A stretch of 64,000 nucleotides of DNA, from NCBI GenBank assembly GCA_964500225.1, contig CAZCOA010000001.1, forward strand, positions 15,978 through 79,977, written 5' to 3'. Source of the stretch: an uncultured Anaerolineaceae bacterium. Its GTDB lineage: Bacteria > Planctomycetota > Phycisphaerae > FEN-1346 > JAACEH01. The notes beneath the pieces are model-generated. The model was not told the DNA's origin. It made no database searches and saw only the letters and a program-made list of their open reading frames with translations. Below, piece by piece: positions 1 through 9,542 of the stretch (positions are counted from its first letter, which is position 1; each line of letters begins with the position of its first letter). The translations under genes were made by a program, and so were the position numbers.

Positions 1-232
1 GCCGCCGCGAATCACCATCATATCCATACAGCGAATCGCTCCAATTGGGCGCCAGTGGAATCTGCTCTACGGCCGCTAGCCTACAAACTGGGCCGCGAGT
101 TTGCAAGCGTGTGGGCTGCATGTGTTATCATGGAGTCGTCGGCAACTCTGGAACCCGCCCGTGCGGGGCGCATCCAAGATATACGGCAGCGGACAGAGTA
201 AGCTCGTGTTTCCGACCGAAAGGAGGCAGACG

Positions 233-1684
233 ATGATGCGATGGACGACGATTTTGGTGTGCAGCCTCGTGTGTGTTGCGGCGGGTGTCTCGGTCGCCTG
301 GGGCCAGGGGGAGCCGGGGGTAACCGTGACGGTGTACAACCAGGGATACGCGGTGGTAAAAGAGGACCGCGTGGTCGAGATTCCCGAGGCCCAGTCGGTG
401 ATCAAGTTCACGGACGTGGCACAGCGGATCGACCCGACGAGCGTGTATTTCAAGAGTCTGACGGACCCGGACGGGACCGGGGTGCTGGAGCAGAACTACG
501 AGTATGACCTCGTCAGCGCCGACAAGCTGCTGGCCAAGTACATCGACCGGCCGCTGAGCGTGTGGACCACAAACGGCAAGAGATATGAGGGGACGCTGCT
601 GTCGTTCGACGCGGGGCAACTGGTGCTGAAGACGCCCGAAGGGATCGCGATGGTGCAGCGGGCACAGAACGTGCAGGACATTCAGTTCGCGGCGTTGCCG
701 GAGGGGCTGCTGACGAAGCCGACGCTGGTGTGGAAAGTCGCGGCGGGACGGACCGGGAAGCACCTGGTGCGGATGGCGTACCAGACGACAGGTATGGAGT
801 GGCGGGCCGACTACAACGTCGTGACCAACAAAGACGACACGAAAGTGGACGTAGCCGGTTGGGTGACGGTGACGAACAACTCGGGGGCGACATATAAGGA
901 CGCGAGGCTGAAGCTGATCGCCGGAGACGTGCGGCGGGTGGAGCCGCCGGCGCTGCCGCCGATCACGTATGAGGGGGCCCGCAGGGCCACAGCGGCCATG
1001 AACGCGGCTATGCCGGAGGAGAAGGCGTTTTTCGAGTATCACCTGTACACGTTCCCGAACCGGACGACGCTGGCCGACAGTCAGGTCAAGCAGCTTCAGT
1101 TGTTGAATGCGGCGGACGTGGGTGTCGAGAAGGCGTATGTGTACGAGGCCCAGACGGGCCGGTACTGGGGCGGCACATACACCGACCGCAACTACGGGCA
1201 GACGGGCAACAAGAAAGTGAAAGTGATGCTGGAAATCGCGAACACCAAGAGCAACCACCTGGGCATGCCGCTTCCGGCGGGGAAGGTGCGGGTGTTTAAG
1301 CGCGACGAGGCGGACAATTCGCTGGAGTTTATCGGCGAGGACCAGATCGAGCACACGAAAGATACGGACACGGTGAAGCTGTACGTCGGCAACGCCTTTG
1401 ACATCAACGGCGAGCGAGAAGTGCTGGATTTCAAAGTTGAGACGGGGCGAAAATGGATGCAGGAGAAGGTACGGATCACGCTGACCAGCGCCAAGGACGA
1501 AGCGGTAAAGGTAAAGGTGGTGGAGAAGATGCTTCGAGCGCTGACGTGGCGAGTGACGGACAAGAGCGACAACTTCACGAAGGAGAATGCCTTCACGGCG
1601 CATTTCGACGTAGAGGTGCCGGCGAAGAAGGGCGACGAGCCGGGCAAGAAAGTGATCGAGTACACGGTGGAGTACACGTGGTAG
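233..1684 (+). CDS. Secreted DUF4139-family protein
   Basis: In frame with track ORF 101..1684. ATG at 233 is preceded by aggagg 7 nt upstream and followed by a Sec signal peptide MMRWTTILVCSLVCVAAGVSVAWG. Family call from recalled DUF4139/DUF4140 architecture. Confidence 0.65.
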   Translation: MMRWTTILVCSLVCVAAGVSVAWGQGEPGVTVTVYNQGYAVVKEDRVVEIPEAQSVIKFTDVAQRIDPTSVYFKSLTDPDGTGVLEQNYEYDLVSADKLLAKYIDRPLSVWTTNGKRYEGTLLSFDAGQLVLKTPEGIAMVQRAQNVQDIQFAALPEGLLTKPTLVWKVAAGRTGKHLVRMAYQTTGMEWRADYNVVTNKDDTKVDVAGWVTVTNNSGATYKDARLKLIAGDVRRVEPPALPPITYEGARRATAAMNAAMPEEKAFFEYHLYTFPNRTTLADSQVKQLQLLNAADVGVEKAYVYEAQTGRYWGGTYTDRNYGQTGNKKVKVMLEIANTKSNHLGMPLPAGKVRVFKRDEADNSLEFIGEDQIEHTKDTDTVKLYVGNAFDINGEREVLDFKVETGRKWMQEKVRITLTSAKDEAVKVKVVEKMLRALTWRVTDKSDNFTKENAFTAHFDVEVPAKKGDEPGKKVIEYTVEYTW

Positions 1685-1964
1685 GCGGCGATGCTCGGGA
1701 CATCGGAAGAAGGCACGATGCGACCGCCCGGGGCGCGAGGCTCCGGGTGGTCGCGTTACGCGGGGGGCGGCAGGGTGTCCCCCGCGCCCGCGGGGGTCGG
1801 AAAAGGCTGCGCGGGGCTGGGCGGAAATCGTAAAGGTTCTTGAAGCATCTCTCTGAGTTGGGCACAATACAGATCTGCGAGAACGGCACAGGGGGCTGCG
1901 CCGATTTTCCTGCATGTGTAGAACCCCTCGCCCGGGTGGGCGTCTAAGAAAGCGACGGTGAGGC

Positions 1965-2558
1965 ATGGCTCGTGTGGATGCTCAAGGTTGGCCGGCGGAC
2001 GGCGAACTGGTTGAGCAGTGCCGCAACGGGAAGGCCGAGGCGTTCCAGGCGTTGGTCGAGCGGTATCAGGACCGCGTGTACAACACGGCGTATCGGATGG
2101 TCGGCCTGGAAGAGGACGCGCGCGACATCGTGCAGGAAGCGTTCCTGAAGGCCTATGAAAACCTGGGGCGATTCCGTGGCGAGTCGGGCTTCTACACCTG
2201 GGTGTTTCGCATCGCTGTGAACCTTTGCTTGAGCTATCGCCGCAAGGCGCAGCGCCTTCGGCTGGTGATGCCGAAGGACGATCCCGAGGGCCTGCTGGGC
2301 CAGTGGGCGCACCAGGCGCAGTCGCTGGTCAGTCCACCGGAGGCGGCCATGGAAGCCGTGGAAACCGAGCGACGCGTCAGCCAAGCACTGCTGCGTCTGG
2401 ATACGGATCATCGCGCGGCGGTGGTGCTTCGCGACATCGAGGGGCTGGACTACCAGACGATATCGAGCATTCTGGACATTCCTCCGGGAACGGTGAAGTC
2501 TCGGATACACCGCGCGCGGATGATGTTGCGGGACGAGTTGAAGGACCTGATCGCGTAG
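1965..2558 (+). CDS. ECF-type RNA polymerase sigma factor (sigma-70 regions 2 and 4)
   Basis: 197 aa. Region 2 (YRMVGLEEDARDIVQEAFLKAY) and region 4 HTH (LDYQTISSILDIPPGTVKSRIHRAR). Directly followed by a zf-HC2 anti-sigma gene. Confidence 0.9.
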   Translation: MARVDAQGWPADGELVEQCRNGKAEAFQALVERYQDRVYNTAYRMVGLEEDARDIVQEAFLKAYENLGRFRGESGFYTWVFRIAVNLCLSYRRKAQRLRLVMPKDDPEGLLGQWAHQAQSLVSPPEAAMEAVETERRVSQALLRLDTDHRAAVVLRDIEGLDYQTISSILDIPPGTVKSRIHRARMMLRDELKDLIA

Positions 2559-2590
2559 TCGAGGGCGGCAGTTGCAGCGAGGGCCCAGAG

Positions 2591-4576
2591 ATGTTGTGCG
2601 ATAAGATACAGGACAACCTGTCGGCATATATCGACGGCGAAGCCGGGCCGGAACTGGCCGCGGAGATCGAGCGTCACGTGAGCGAATGCGAGCAGTGCCG
2701 CGCGATGCTCGGACAGTTGCGCAAGGTGGCGGGGCTGGTGGGGTCGATGCCTCAGCACGCGGCACCGCTGACACTGGCCGAGGACGTTCAGAGCCGCCTG
2801 GAGCGGCAGATGCTGATGGAGGCGGGCGGCGAGCCGGAACCGGCCGCGGTACAAGCAGATCGGCGGTTGCCGCAACGTCGGCCGGCGATGTGGCCGCGCG
2901 TGGCGGCGGTGGCGGCGTGTCTGGTGCTGGTGGCGGGGATCGCGGCGTTGCTGGCGCCGCAGGGAGGTCTCAAGACGGAGTATGCGGCCGGGCCTGCGGC
3001 GCCCGTGGATCGCATCGCGGCAAGCAAGGTCAATGGGCCTGCCAAGATGGACTGGGACTCGGCGACGACTCCCATCGCGCGGGCCGATGAGGACAAACTC
3101 GGCGCTGTCGGAAAGGCCGACTCGACAGACGGACAGATGCAGCGCAGCCTGCGCGGCCGGGACCCGGAATTCCACTCGAAGATCGCAGCCGGCGCGGCCG
3201 GGAACGTCGGACGAGAGTCGCTCGGTATGGAGTACGAAGCCGAGCGCTATGTGACAGAGAAGGCCCATGACGAGAGGCTTTTGACGGACGTTGAGATCGC
3301 AAGGAAAAACACCAACATAGATGAGGCTTCGGATGCGGCATGGCTTGCATTCGAGGGACGCCGGACGTCCGGGGCGAGCGAGAACGAGCTGTTTCTGGTG
3401 GCGGCGGACGTGGAGTCGGGCGAGCGGGCGGTCCAGGACGCGCTGGTCCAGGCGGGCGTGGTGAACGCGACGTTGAACCGCGCGGTGGTGACGCCGGCTC
3501 GGTCATCGACGTTCGGGTTTCGCTCGTCGCAGCAGCCGGAAACGACAACGGCCGCCAAAGAAGGTGTGGCCACTGCAACGGAAGATGCCGAGGTGCTGGA
3601 GATTGTGACCATCGAGGCGCGGGTGGCCCCGTCGCAGGCGGCGACGTTGAATCTGCTGGTGGCCAACAGCGACGCCCTGACGGTGAGCGAAGCAAGCAAC
3701 GGCGTTTTCGCCCAAGCGGCGCAGACGCAGCAACTGATGCGGCAGGTGCCGGCGGTGGCGCGGAACCGGGCTCTGGCCGACAATCGGATTGTCCAGAGCA
3801 ATCTGAAGATGCAGATGCAGCGGGCGAACCTCTCGCAAGAGATGCCGCGACAGGTTGCCGGCTTCCAGCGGAGAGGCGAGGGCCGTGACGAGAAGCGGGC
3901 GGCGGAGGCCGCCATCGACCAGGCGGTGAACAAGCCCGCGGAGGAGCAGGCTCCTGCGGGGAATGCGCCCGCGACGCCGGCGGTGGGGCAGACCGCACCG
4001 GCGTCGGGTGACCGGCCGAAGGAACTCGACGGCGGCAGGCAACAGGACCTGCCCGTGCGGCTGACGGAGGGGGCGTCTGCGACGAACGACGACGTGACAC
4101 CGGCGTCGGCGGCGCCGGAGGCATCCCCTGCCCCGGCGGCGGCCCCGGAACCTAGTGCGGCGCCGCAGGTGCAGACGAACGAGGGGACACGGATGTACCG
4201 GGATGCGGCCGAGGCGAAACAGGCGGTGGCGGCGTCGCAGGCGGCCGCAGCAACGACTGCGGACGGCGCGGGGCAAACGCCGGCGGCCGCCGGCGTCAGG
4301 GGGATATCGCAAAGAGCCATCCCGGGCGATGCGGCGGGCCAGTTGGAGGGAGGCGTTGTCGGCGCCCCGGCGGGCGAGGCGACGCTGCCGATCGTGATTC
4401 AACTGGTGGTGCGTCGGGGTCCGTCGCAGGCGGCCGCGGCAGCTTCGGTGCGTGATGTGTCGCAGAAAGCCGCGACGGAGACGGAGCGGCCGGAGGCGTT
4501 GCGCGAGGAAACACAGGCTGCGCCATCCCCCCTGCCCTCGGAGAGTGGTCCTCGGGAAGCGCCGGCGCAGCCGTAG
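2591..4576 (+). CDS. Anti-sigma factor (zf-HC2 motif, single TM helix, long disordered periplasmic tail)
   Basis: Internal ATG 2591 in ORF 2225..4576. HxxxCxxC motif (HVSECEQC). TM helix WPRVAAVAACLVLVAGIAALLA. Ala/Gln/Pro/Glu-rich tail of about 450 aa. 33 nt downstream of the sigma gene. Confidence 0.8.
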   Translation: MLCDKIQDNLSAYIDGEAGPELAAEIERHVSECEQCRAMLGQLRKVAGLVGSMPQHAAPLTLAEDVQSRLERQMLMEAGGEPEPAAVQADRRLPQRRPAMWPRVAAVAACLVLVAGIAALLAPQGGLKTEYAAGPAAPVDRIAASKVNGPAKMDWDSATTPIARADEDKLGAVGKADSTDGQMQRSLRGRDPEFHSKIAAGAAGNVGRESLGMEYEAERYVTEKAHDERLLTDVEIARKNTNIDEASDAAWLAFEGRRTSGASENELFLVAADVESGERAVQDALVQAGVVNATLNRAVVTPARSSTFGFRSSQQPETTTAAKEGVATATEDAEVLEIVTIEARVAPSQAATLNLLVANSDALTVSEASNGVFAQAAQTQQLMRQVPAVARNRALADNRIVQSNLKMQMQRANLSQEMPRQVAGFQRRGEGRDEKRAAEAAIDQAVNKPAEEQAPAGNAPATPAVGQTAPASGDRPKELDGGRQQDLPVRLTEGASATNDDVTPASAAPEASPAPAAAPEPSAAPQVQTNEGTRMYRDAAEAKQAVAASQAAAATTADGAGQTPAAAGVRGISQRAIPGDAAGQLEGGVVGAPAGEATLPIVIQLVVRRGPSQAAAAASVRDVSQKAATETERPEALREETQAAPSPLPSESGPREAPAQP

Positions 4577-4583
4577 TATGGTT

Positions 4584-5654
4584 TCAGCGAGCGACGTGGG
4601 ACGGTGGACGACGAACGGGCGTTGCGCCCCCATGGGCCAAGGCGGCCAGACGCGGCATCGAGGGACCGGGATCGGAACGGTATCCAAAGAGCCGCACCAG
4701 GGCGCCCACGGCCACCGGGCAGAATTGTTTTCCGGAGTTGGCGAGAATTTCCTCCACTGAACTCTGCGGCGACCGCTGCGGCCGATAGGGCCGTTCCTGG
4801 GTCAGCGCGACGAAGGCATCGGCAACGCTGATGATTCTCGCTCCGAGAGGGATGTCCTTGCCCTTGATGGCCATGGGATATCCCTGGCCGTCATAGCGTT
4901 CATGGTGGTGCTTGACGGCGGCTGTGACCTCCCTGTTCAGGAGTAGATTGTGGACGATCTTCTCGCTGACCGAGACGTGGGAGTGCAGGTGCTCGATTTC
5001 GTCGTGGGTGAGTTGTTCCCGCTTATTGACGATCTCGTCGCGCAGGGCGACGCGTCCCACGTCGTGCAGCAGTGCGGCGACGACCACTTCCTTGGTGTTC
5101 TTCGGCGGCAGCTTGAGCACCTGGGCCAGCTTGCTGGAAAGCAAGGCCACTTCCTTGGAGAACCCGGCGAGGTATTTTTCCTTGGCCTCGACGGCGGCAA
5201 TCAGGGCGTGAATGCTCCGCAGGATGGCCGGATTGGTTCTTTCCTGGCGGACCAGTTCCTTCCGCCAGATGGCGTCCCAATGGATGGCGGCCTGCACGAT
5301 ATCGACAGGACCATAGGGCCACAAGAGCACGTCCCGGACGCCGGCATGCATCAGCTCCTGCAACATCTTCTCATCGGTACGCTTGCATAGGACAATCAGG
5401 ATCGGGCCGGCGTGGACATGGCGAAGCGTCTGCATGCCCTCGAAGATCGAGCGGTCGGGCAGCGGGATTTCGGCGAACTCGGCCGAATCGACGAAGACGA
5501 CGCCAGGCTTGATGGGCGTCGAAAGGGTGACGGCCTCGGCCAGCGATCCTGCGACGAAGCATTCCCACTCTTGTGCTCGAAAAGCTTTGTCGCAGGTTCG
5601 TCGGAATGATTCGGTAGGCGCTACAACAAGGACGGCACGCTTCGGGCTAGCCAT
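4584..5654 (-). CDS. HD-GYP domain protein with N-terminal degenerate receiver-like domain (putative c-di-GMP phosphodiesterase)
   Basis: HD motif (LLHDVGRV) and HHERYDGQGYP motif. The N-terminal REC-like fold lacks the acidic pocket (LVVAPTE instead of DD). Confidence 0.8.
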   Translation of the reverse strand: MASPKRAVLVVAPTESFRRTCDKAFRAQEWECFVAGSLAEAVTLSTPIKPGVVFVDSAEFAEIPLPDRSIFEGMQTLRHVHAGPILIVLCKRTDEKMLQELMHAGVRDVLLWPYGPVDIVQAAIHWDAIWRKELVRQERTNPAILRSIHALIAAVEAKEKYLAGFSKEVALLSSKLAQVLKLPPKNTKEVVVAALLHDVGRVALRDEIVNKREQLTHDEIEHLHSHVSVSEKIVHNLLLNREVTAAVKHHHERYDGQGYPMAIKGKDIPLGARIISVADAFVALTQERPYRPQRSPQSSVEEILANSGKQFCPVAVGALVRLFGYRSDPGPSMPRLAALAHGGATPVRRPPSHVAR

Positions 5655-6060
5655 GGGGTGACTCCGGCTTCAGGCGTACCCGGCAGACCGCGACATGGGC
5701 CGATGCAGTATGCCCTGCGTATCACAGCCGATGCGGACAGGCACCACAGCGAGCCCTTGGTTTTGCCTGGCACGGTTGCCCCCCGAGCAATATTCGTGCC
5801 CCCCATGGTACACATATCGGCACTATGGTTTATCAACTTAAACGAAGTGGTGTTTTTTGTTCGTATGAGCCTCTATACCACATGCACGGCTATCGGCCCG
5901 ACTTAGGAATCGGCCGGGCATGCACGTCGGCCCGAAAGAGTCGTAAAGCTTCATGTCGTCCAGTGGGTTACTATATATAGGGTACGATACGGGGCTGCCG
6001 CACCGGGCAGCCCAGTAGAAATACCAGGCCGGGTGTGCGTACGACAGGGCGGAGGAACTC

Positions 6061-7455
6061 ATGGCAATGGGTCGGCACGCGGCGATTCGAGGTATTCTGG
6101 CGGTTCTGGCGGCGGCATGCGTCGGCGCGACGAGCGGCGGGCGTGCGGCCGCCCAGGAGATCGACTGGGGCAACCCGGCCGACGACAACCGCCGGCTATC
6201 GCCGGAAGACCGTGCTTACGTTGAGGCCGCAGAGCATGCGCTGGAACAACTGCCATTTACGGTGCAGCGCTCGGACACACTGCCTGAGATGTTGCGCGGC
6301 ACGGCGGCCATGGTGCCGATGGGCGACAAGAGCCTCGGGCTGCGGGCGTGCCTGTATGTGCCGAGCTACTACGATCCGGTGCGGCCGTGGCCCCTGCTGG
6401 TCGAGGGGCGAGGGCGGTTCCTCTCGCCCCTGGCGTTGGCCGAGTTTCATCGGCACGCAGAGGATCACGGATTCCTGTTCCTGGCCGTCGAATACTCCTA
6501 CTTCCGGGGGCGCAACACCGCCAAGGTGGAGGTCTGGACGCGGCAAGGCGAGAGCACGATTCAACCGAAGGAACGGGCAGGCACGGACTTTCTCCGCGAT
6601 ATGACGGCCGACCAGGAGCGTCTGGTGTCGTTGCTGCGGGAGATTCGGTCGAAGTATCGTGTGGATCCACAGGCCGTCGGAGCGACGGGGTTTCTTCATG
6701 CGGCGGTCATGGCCTACCGGCTGGTGCTGAACCGGCCGGAGCTGTTCTGCACGGCCATCGCGCGCAGCGGGAACTTCGATGCATTCTTCATGCCGCGGGT
6801 GTCGGGCCCGGGCAAATTGCGGCCGATCTACATCGTGTATGGGGAGAAGGAGGAGGCTACGCTGTCGGACAGCCTGGAGGCGGCCGAGTACTTTCGTCGG
6901 CGGGGGTTCACGGCGGTGCAGTCGGAGCGGATACCGAATTCGGGAGTGGATTCGCGTCCGGAGATTGCGGCAAACTACTTCCACGGGACGGTGCAGGAGT
7001 CGCTGGGGGCGGATCGTGCGGAACTGCACCGTCTGTGCGATCTGGCGGTGCGGTCCCTGGACGACAAGCTGCGTGACGTTCCGGCGGGGACGGCCGAGCA
7101 GGTCCACACGCCGGCAAGCATCCTGGCGTCCCTGTCGGAATTCGGCGAGAAGCACACGGAACCTTCACTGGCGGCCCCATGCCGGCTGATGATGGCACGG
7201 CTGATGGCCGAGAAGCTCGGGCAGCGGGACCGGGCCGAGGCGGTCCTGCGCGGGTTCCTCGATCAGCCGCTGGCGGCCGAGGCCGTGGCGCCGGAGGCGC
7301 TAGTGTACCTGGCCGAGAAGGTGCTGGACCCGAGAACGCAAACAAAGGAGGCCCTGGCCGCACTGAACAAGGTGGTAACGCGTCAAGACGTGTTGCCGGC
7401 GACCATGCAACGGGCCAAAGCCCTTCAGGAGCAACTACTGAAGGGCCGCCGCTGA
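6061..7455 (+). CDS. Secreted alpha/beta-hydrolase (esterase)-like protein with C-terminal helical domain, paralog 1
   Basis: GGAGG 5 nt upstream. Signal peptide. Esterase-family elbow region reads ATGFLHAAV with no Ser at the GxSxG position. 40-50% identity blocks with the next gene (YVPSYYD..RPWP.LVEG, ERIP.SGVDSRPEI..NYF, C-terminal FLMAR helix). Confidence 0.75.
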   Translation: MAMGRHAAIRGILAVLAAACVGATSGGRAAAQEIDWGNPADDNRRLSPEDRAYVEAAEHALEQLPFTVQRSDTLPEMLRGTAAMVPMGDKSLGLRACLYVPSYYDPVRPWPLLVEGRGRFLSPLALAEFHRHAEDHGFLFLAVEYSYFRGRNTAKVEVWTRQGESTIQPKERAGTDFLRDMTADQERLVSLLREIRSKYRVDPQAVGATGFLHAAVMAYRLVLNRPELFCTAIARSGNFDAFFMPRVSGPGKLRPIYIVYGEKEEATLSDSLEAAEYFRRRGFTAVQSERIPNSGVDSRPEIAANYFHGTVQESLGADRAELHRLCDLAVRSLDDKLRDVPAGTAEQVHTPASILASLSEFGEKHTEPSLAAPCRLMMARLMAEKLGQRDRAEAVLRGFLDQPLAAEAVAPEALVYLAEKVLDPRTQTKEALAALNKVVTRQDVLPATMQRAKALQEQLLKGRR

Positions 7456-7751
7456 TCAACGTGCACCGACGCACGGCCTCGGCGAGTCGGGCGTCCACCC
7501 GGTCAGGCATTCGGAACGGTCCGTCCGTCTTTGTGGCTGGAAGGAGCGCCATTCCCCGGCCGCCTCCGTTGGCCCAACCTGCACGTCGCGGATCAGCGGA
7601 GGCGAAGAGGCATACACTGGACAACGGGGCGGCTTGCCCGTACATTGCTGGCACATATGAGGGGGCCGCCCGGAAACGTGGCCGGAGGCGACAGTGCGCG
7701 AGACAAGCTGAAGCGATGCGGGGAATCGCGACAGACAAGGAGAAGGGAACC

Positions 7752-9308
7752 ATGGGCATCGGAACTCGAGCTATCGCGTTGTCATTGATACTGACGTGGC
7801 TGGGTGCCGGGGTGGCGTGTGCCCAGGTCGATCCGTTCGCTCCGCGCGTGCCGCCCAAGAACGGTGCGCAGCAGGAGAAGAAGGAGGACCTCCCGAAGCC
7901 GCCGCGGCCGGACGAGATTCTGGCCTCGCTGACGTTCGAGGTGCGGCAGACGGAGGAGATTCCGGGCGATCTGCGGGGTTCGGCGGCCATCTTCCCGATC
8001 GGCAAGAAGGATTTCGGCTTTAGCGGCGCGGTCTATGTGCCCAGCTATTACGACGCGGGTCGTCCGTGGCCGGTGCTGGTGGAAGGACAGTTTAAGCGGT
8101 ATTCGCCGTTGACGTTGAAAGAATTCGCCATCGAGGCGGAGAAGCACGGCCTCATTGCGGTGTGCGTGGAACTGACCTACGCCGGCCATGGGACTCGGGT
8201 GTCGCAGTCTCAAGCGTGGAATCGCGAAGGCGGCACCACGGTGACGCAAACACAGGCGTTCATTCAGGATTACCTGGTGAACATGGCCGTGGACGAGAAG
8301 AACATCCTTGGGGTCCTGAAGGAGTTGGGCCAGAAATACAACGTGGCGACGGATGCGGTGGGGATTACCGGGTTCCTGTCGTGCGGCCTGATGTCGTACC
8401 GGATGATGTGCAAGTACCCGGACACGTTCCGAGTCGCCATTTCACGTACCGGCAGTTTCACGGACAAGCTTCTGCCGGAGGAGTACGAGAAGGGCCGGAA
8501 GAACTATGTGTTCGTTGTCTACGGCGAGAAGGAAGACGCGCAGATTCAGGCCGGGAGCCTGGCGGCGGCGGAGTTCTTCAAGAAGAACAATTTCTCGCGG
8601 CTGCAGGTGGAGCGTATACCGTACTCTGGGGTGGACTCGCGTCCGGAGATCGTGGGCAACTATTTCCGCGGCGCGTTCGAGGAAATTCTGGGTGAGGAGA
8701 AGAGCGAGTTCTTCCGGATTCACAAGATGGCGGTTCAGTGCCTGGAGGGGGTCAAGGACGTCACGCCGAAGAACGACCCGAAGAAGGAGGCCAAGGGTGC
8801 CCCGAAGAGCGGGGACGAACAAACCGACGACAGCCAGAAGAAGGCGCCGGCTTCGGGCGAGGATTCCGGTGAGCGTACGGAGCCGAAGCACGCGCAGGGC
8901 CCTGTAAAGGGGCCGGGGGCGGCCCCTGCGGCGCCGCCATCGCCCACGACGGTGATGGCGGCCCTGAGTCAGTTCGACGAACACTATCCGCGGTCGGCAT
9001 TCAAAGGGTCGTGCCGGTTCCTGATGGCCCGCGTGGCGATGGAGAAGCTGGACGACAAGGCGAATGCGGAGAAGTGGTTGCGTGAGTTCGTCGATCCGCC
9101 GCTGTTGTCGAGCCCTCTGGCGCCAGCGGCTGTACTCTACTTGGTGGAGAAGGTGATCGACCAGGACGCGCATCGTGACGAGGCCATCCAGTGGCTCGGC
9201 AAGACGATGAATCGCCGCGAGGCCTCGGTGGAGGTGCGCAACCGGACGCGGGAGCTTCGCAAGAAGCTGCTGGAGCAACGCGACAGCGCGGCCAAGGCGC
9301 AGCCGTAG
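7752..9308 (+). CDS. Secreted alpha/beta-hydrolase (esterase)-like protein, paralog 2
   Basis: Internal ATG 7752 (aggagaaggg RBS) in ORF 7179..9308. Signal peptide MGIGTRAIALSLILTWLGAGVACAQ. Elbow reads ITGFLSCGLM. Lys/Glu-rich linker, then C-terminal helical domain. Confidence 0.75.
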   Translation: MGIGTRAIALSLILTWLGAGVACAQVDPFAPRVPPKNGAQQEKKEDLPKPPRPDEILASLTFEVRQTEEIPGDLRGSAAIFPIGKKDFGFSGAVYVPSYYDAGRPWPVLVEGQFKRYSPLTLKEFAIEAEKHGLIAVCVELTYAGHGTRVSQSQAWNREGGTTVTQTQAFIQDYLVNMAVDEKNILGVLKELGQKYNVATDAVGITGFLSCGLMSYRMMCKYPDTFRVAISRTGSFTDKLLPEEYEKGRKNYVFVVYGEKEDAQIQAGSLAAAEFFKKNNFSRLQVERIPYSGVDSRPEIVGNYFRGAFEEILGEEKSEFFRIHKMAVQCLEGVKDVTPKNDPKKEAKGAPKSGDEQTDDSQKKAPASGEDSGERTEPKHAQGPVKGPGAAPAAPPSPTTVMAALSQFDEHYPRSAFKGSCRFLMARVAMEKLDDKANAEKWLREFVDPPLLSSPLAPAAVLYLVEKVIDQDAHRDEAIQWLGKTMNRREASVEVRNRTRELRKKLLEQRDSAAKAQP

Positions 9309-9542
9309 GCACGGACCGGCTGCGTTCGGACGGCAAGAAGCTGATGCGAGGATGTCGTTGGCGGCTCGATGCAACGCCGCGAGGGGCGTTTTGCCGATCT
9401 GTGCGACAGGCGGGGTTGCGGCGGAACCTCGCTCACCGGGATTGGTTTACTGAAGTGCCGCGGCGGGGGCGGATCACGTCTGCGCGGCCGGAGAGCGGTG
9501 CGGGCGACGTGCCGGCGACGTTCCGGAGAGTCGATAACGAAC

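Noticed and set aside
128-1966. 612-aa minus-strand ORF, and similar long antisense ORFs (e.g. 10725..12998, 18613..22155, 3030..4124).
   Set aside because: Arg/Pro/His-rich, no start context. They overlap well-supported genes on the opposite strand, which is the typical high-GC antisense artefact.
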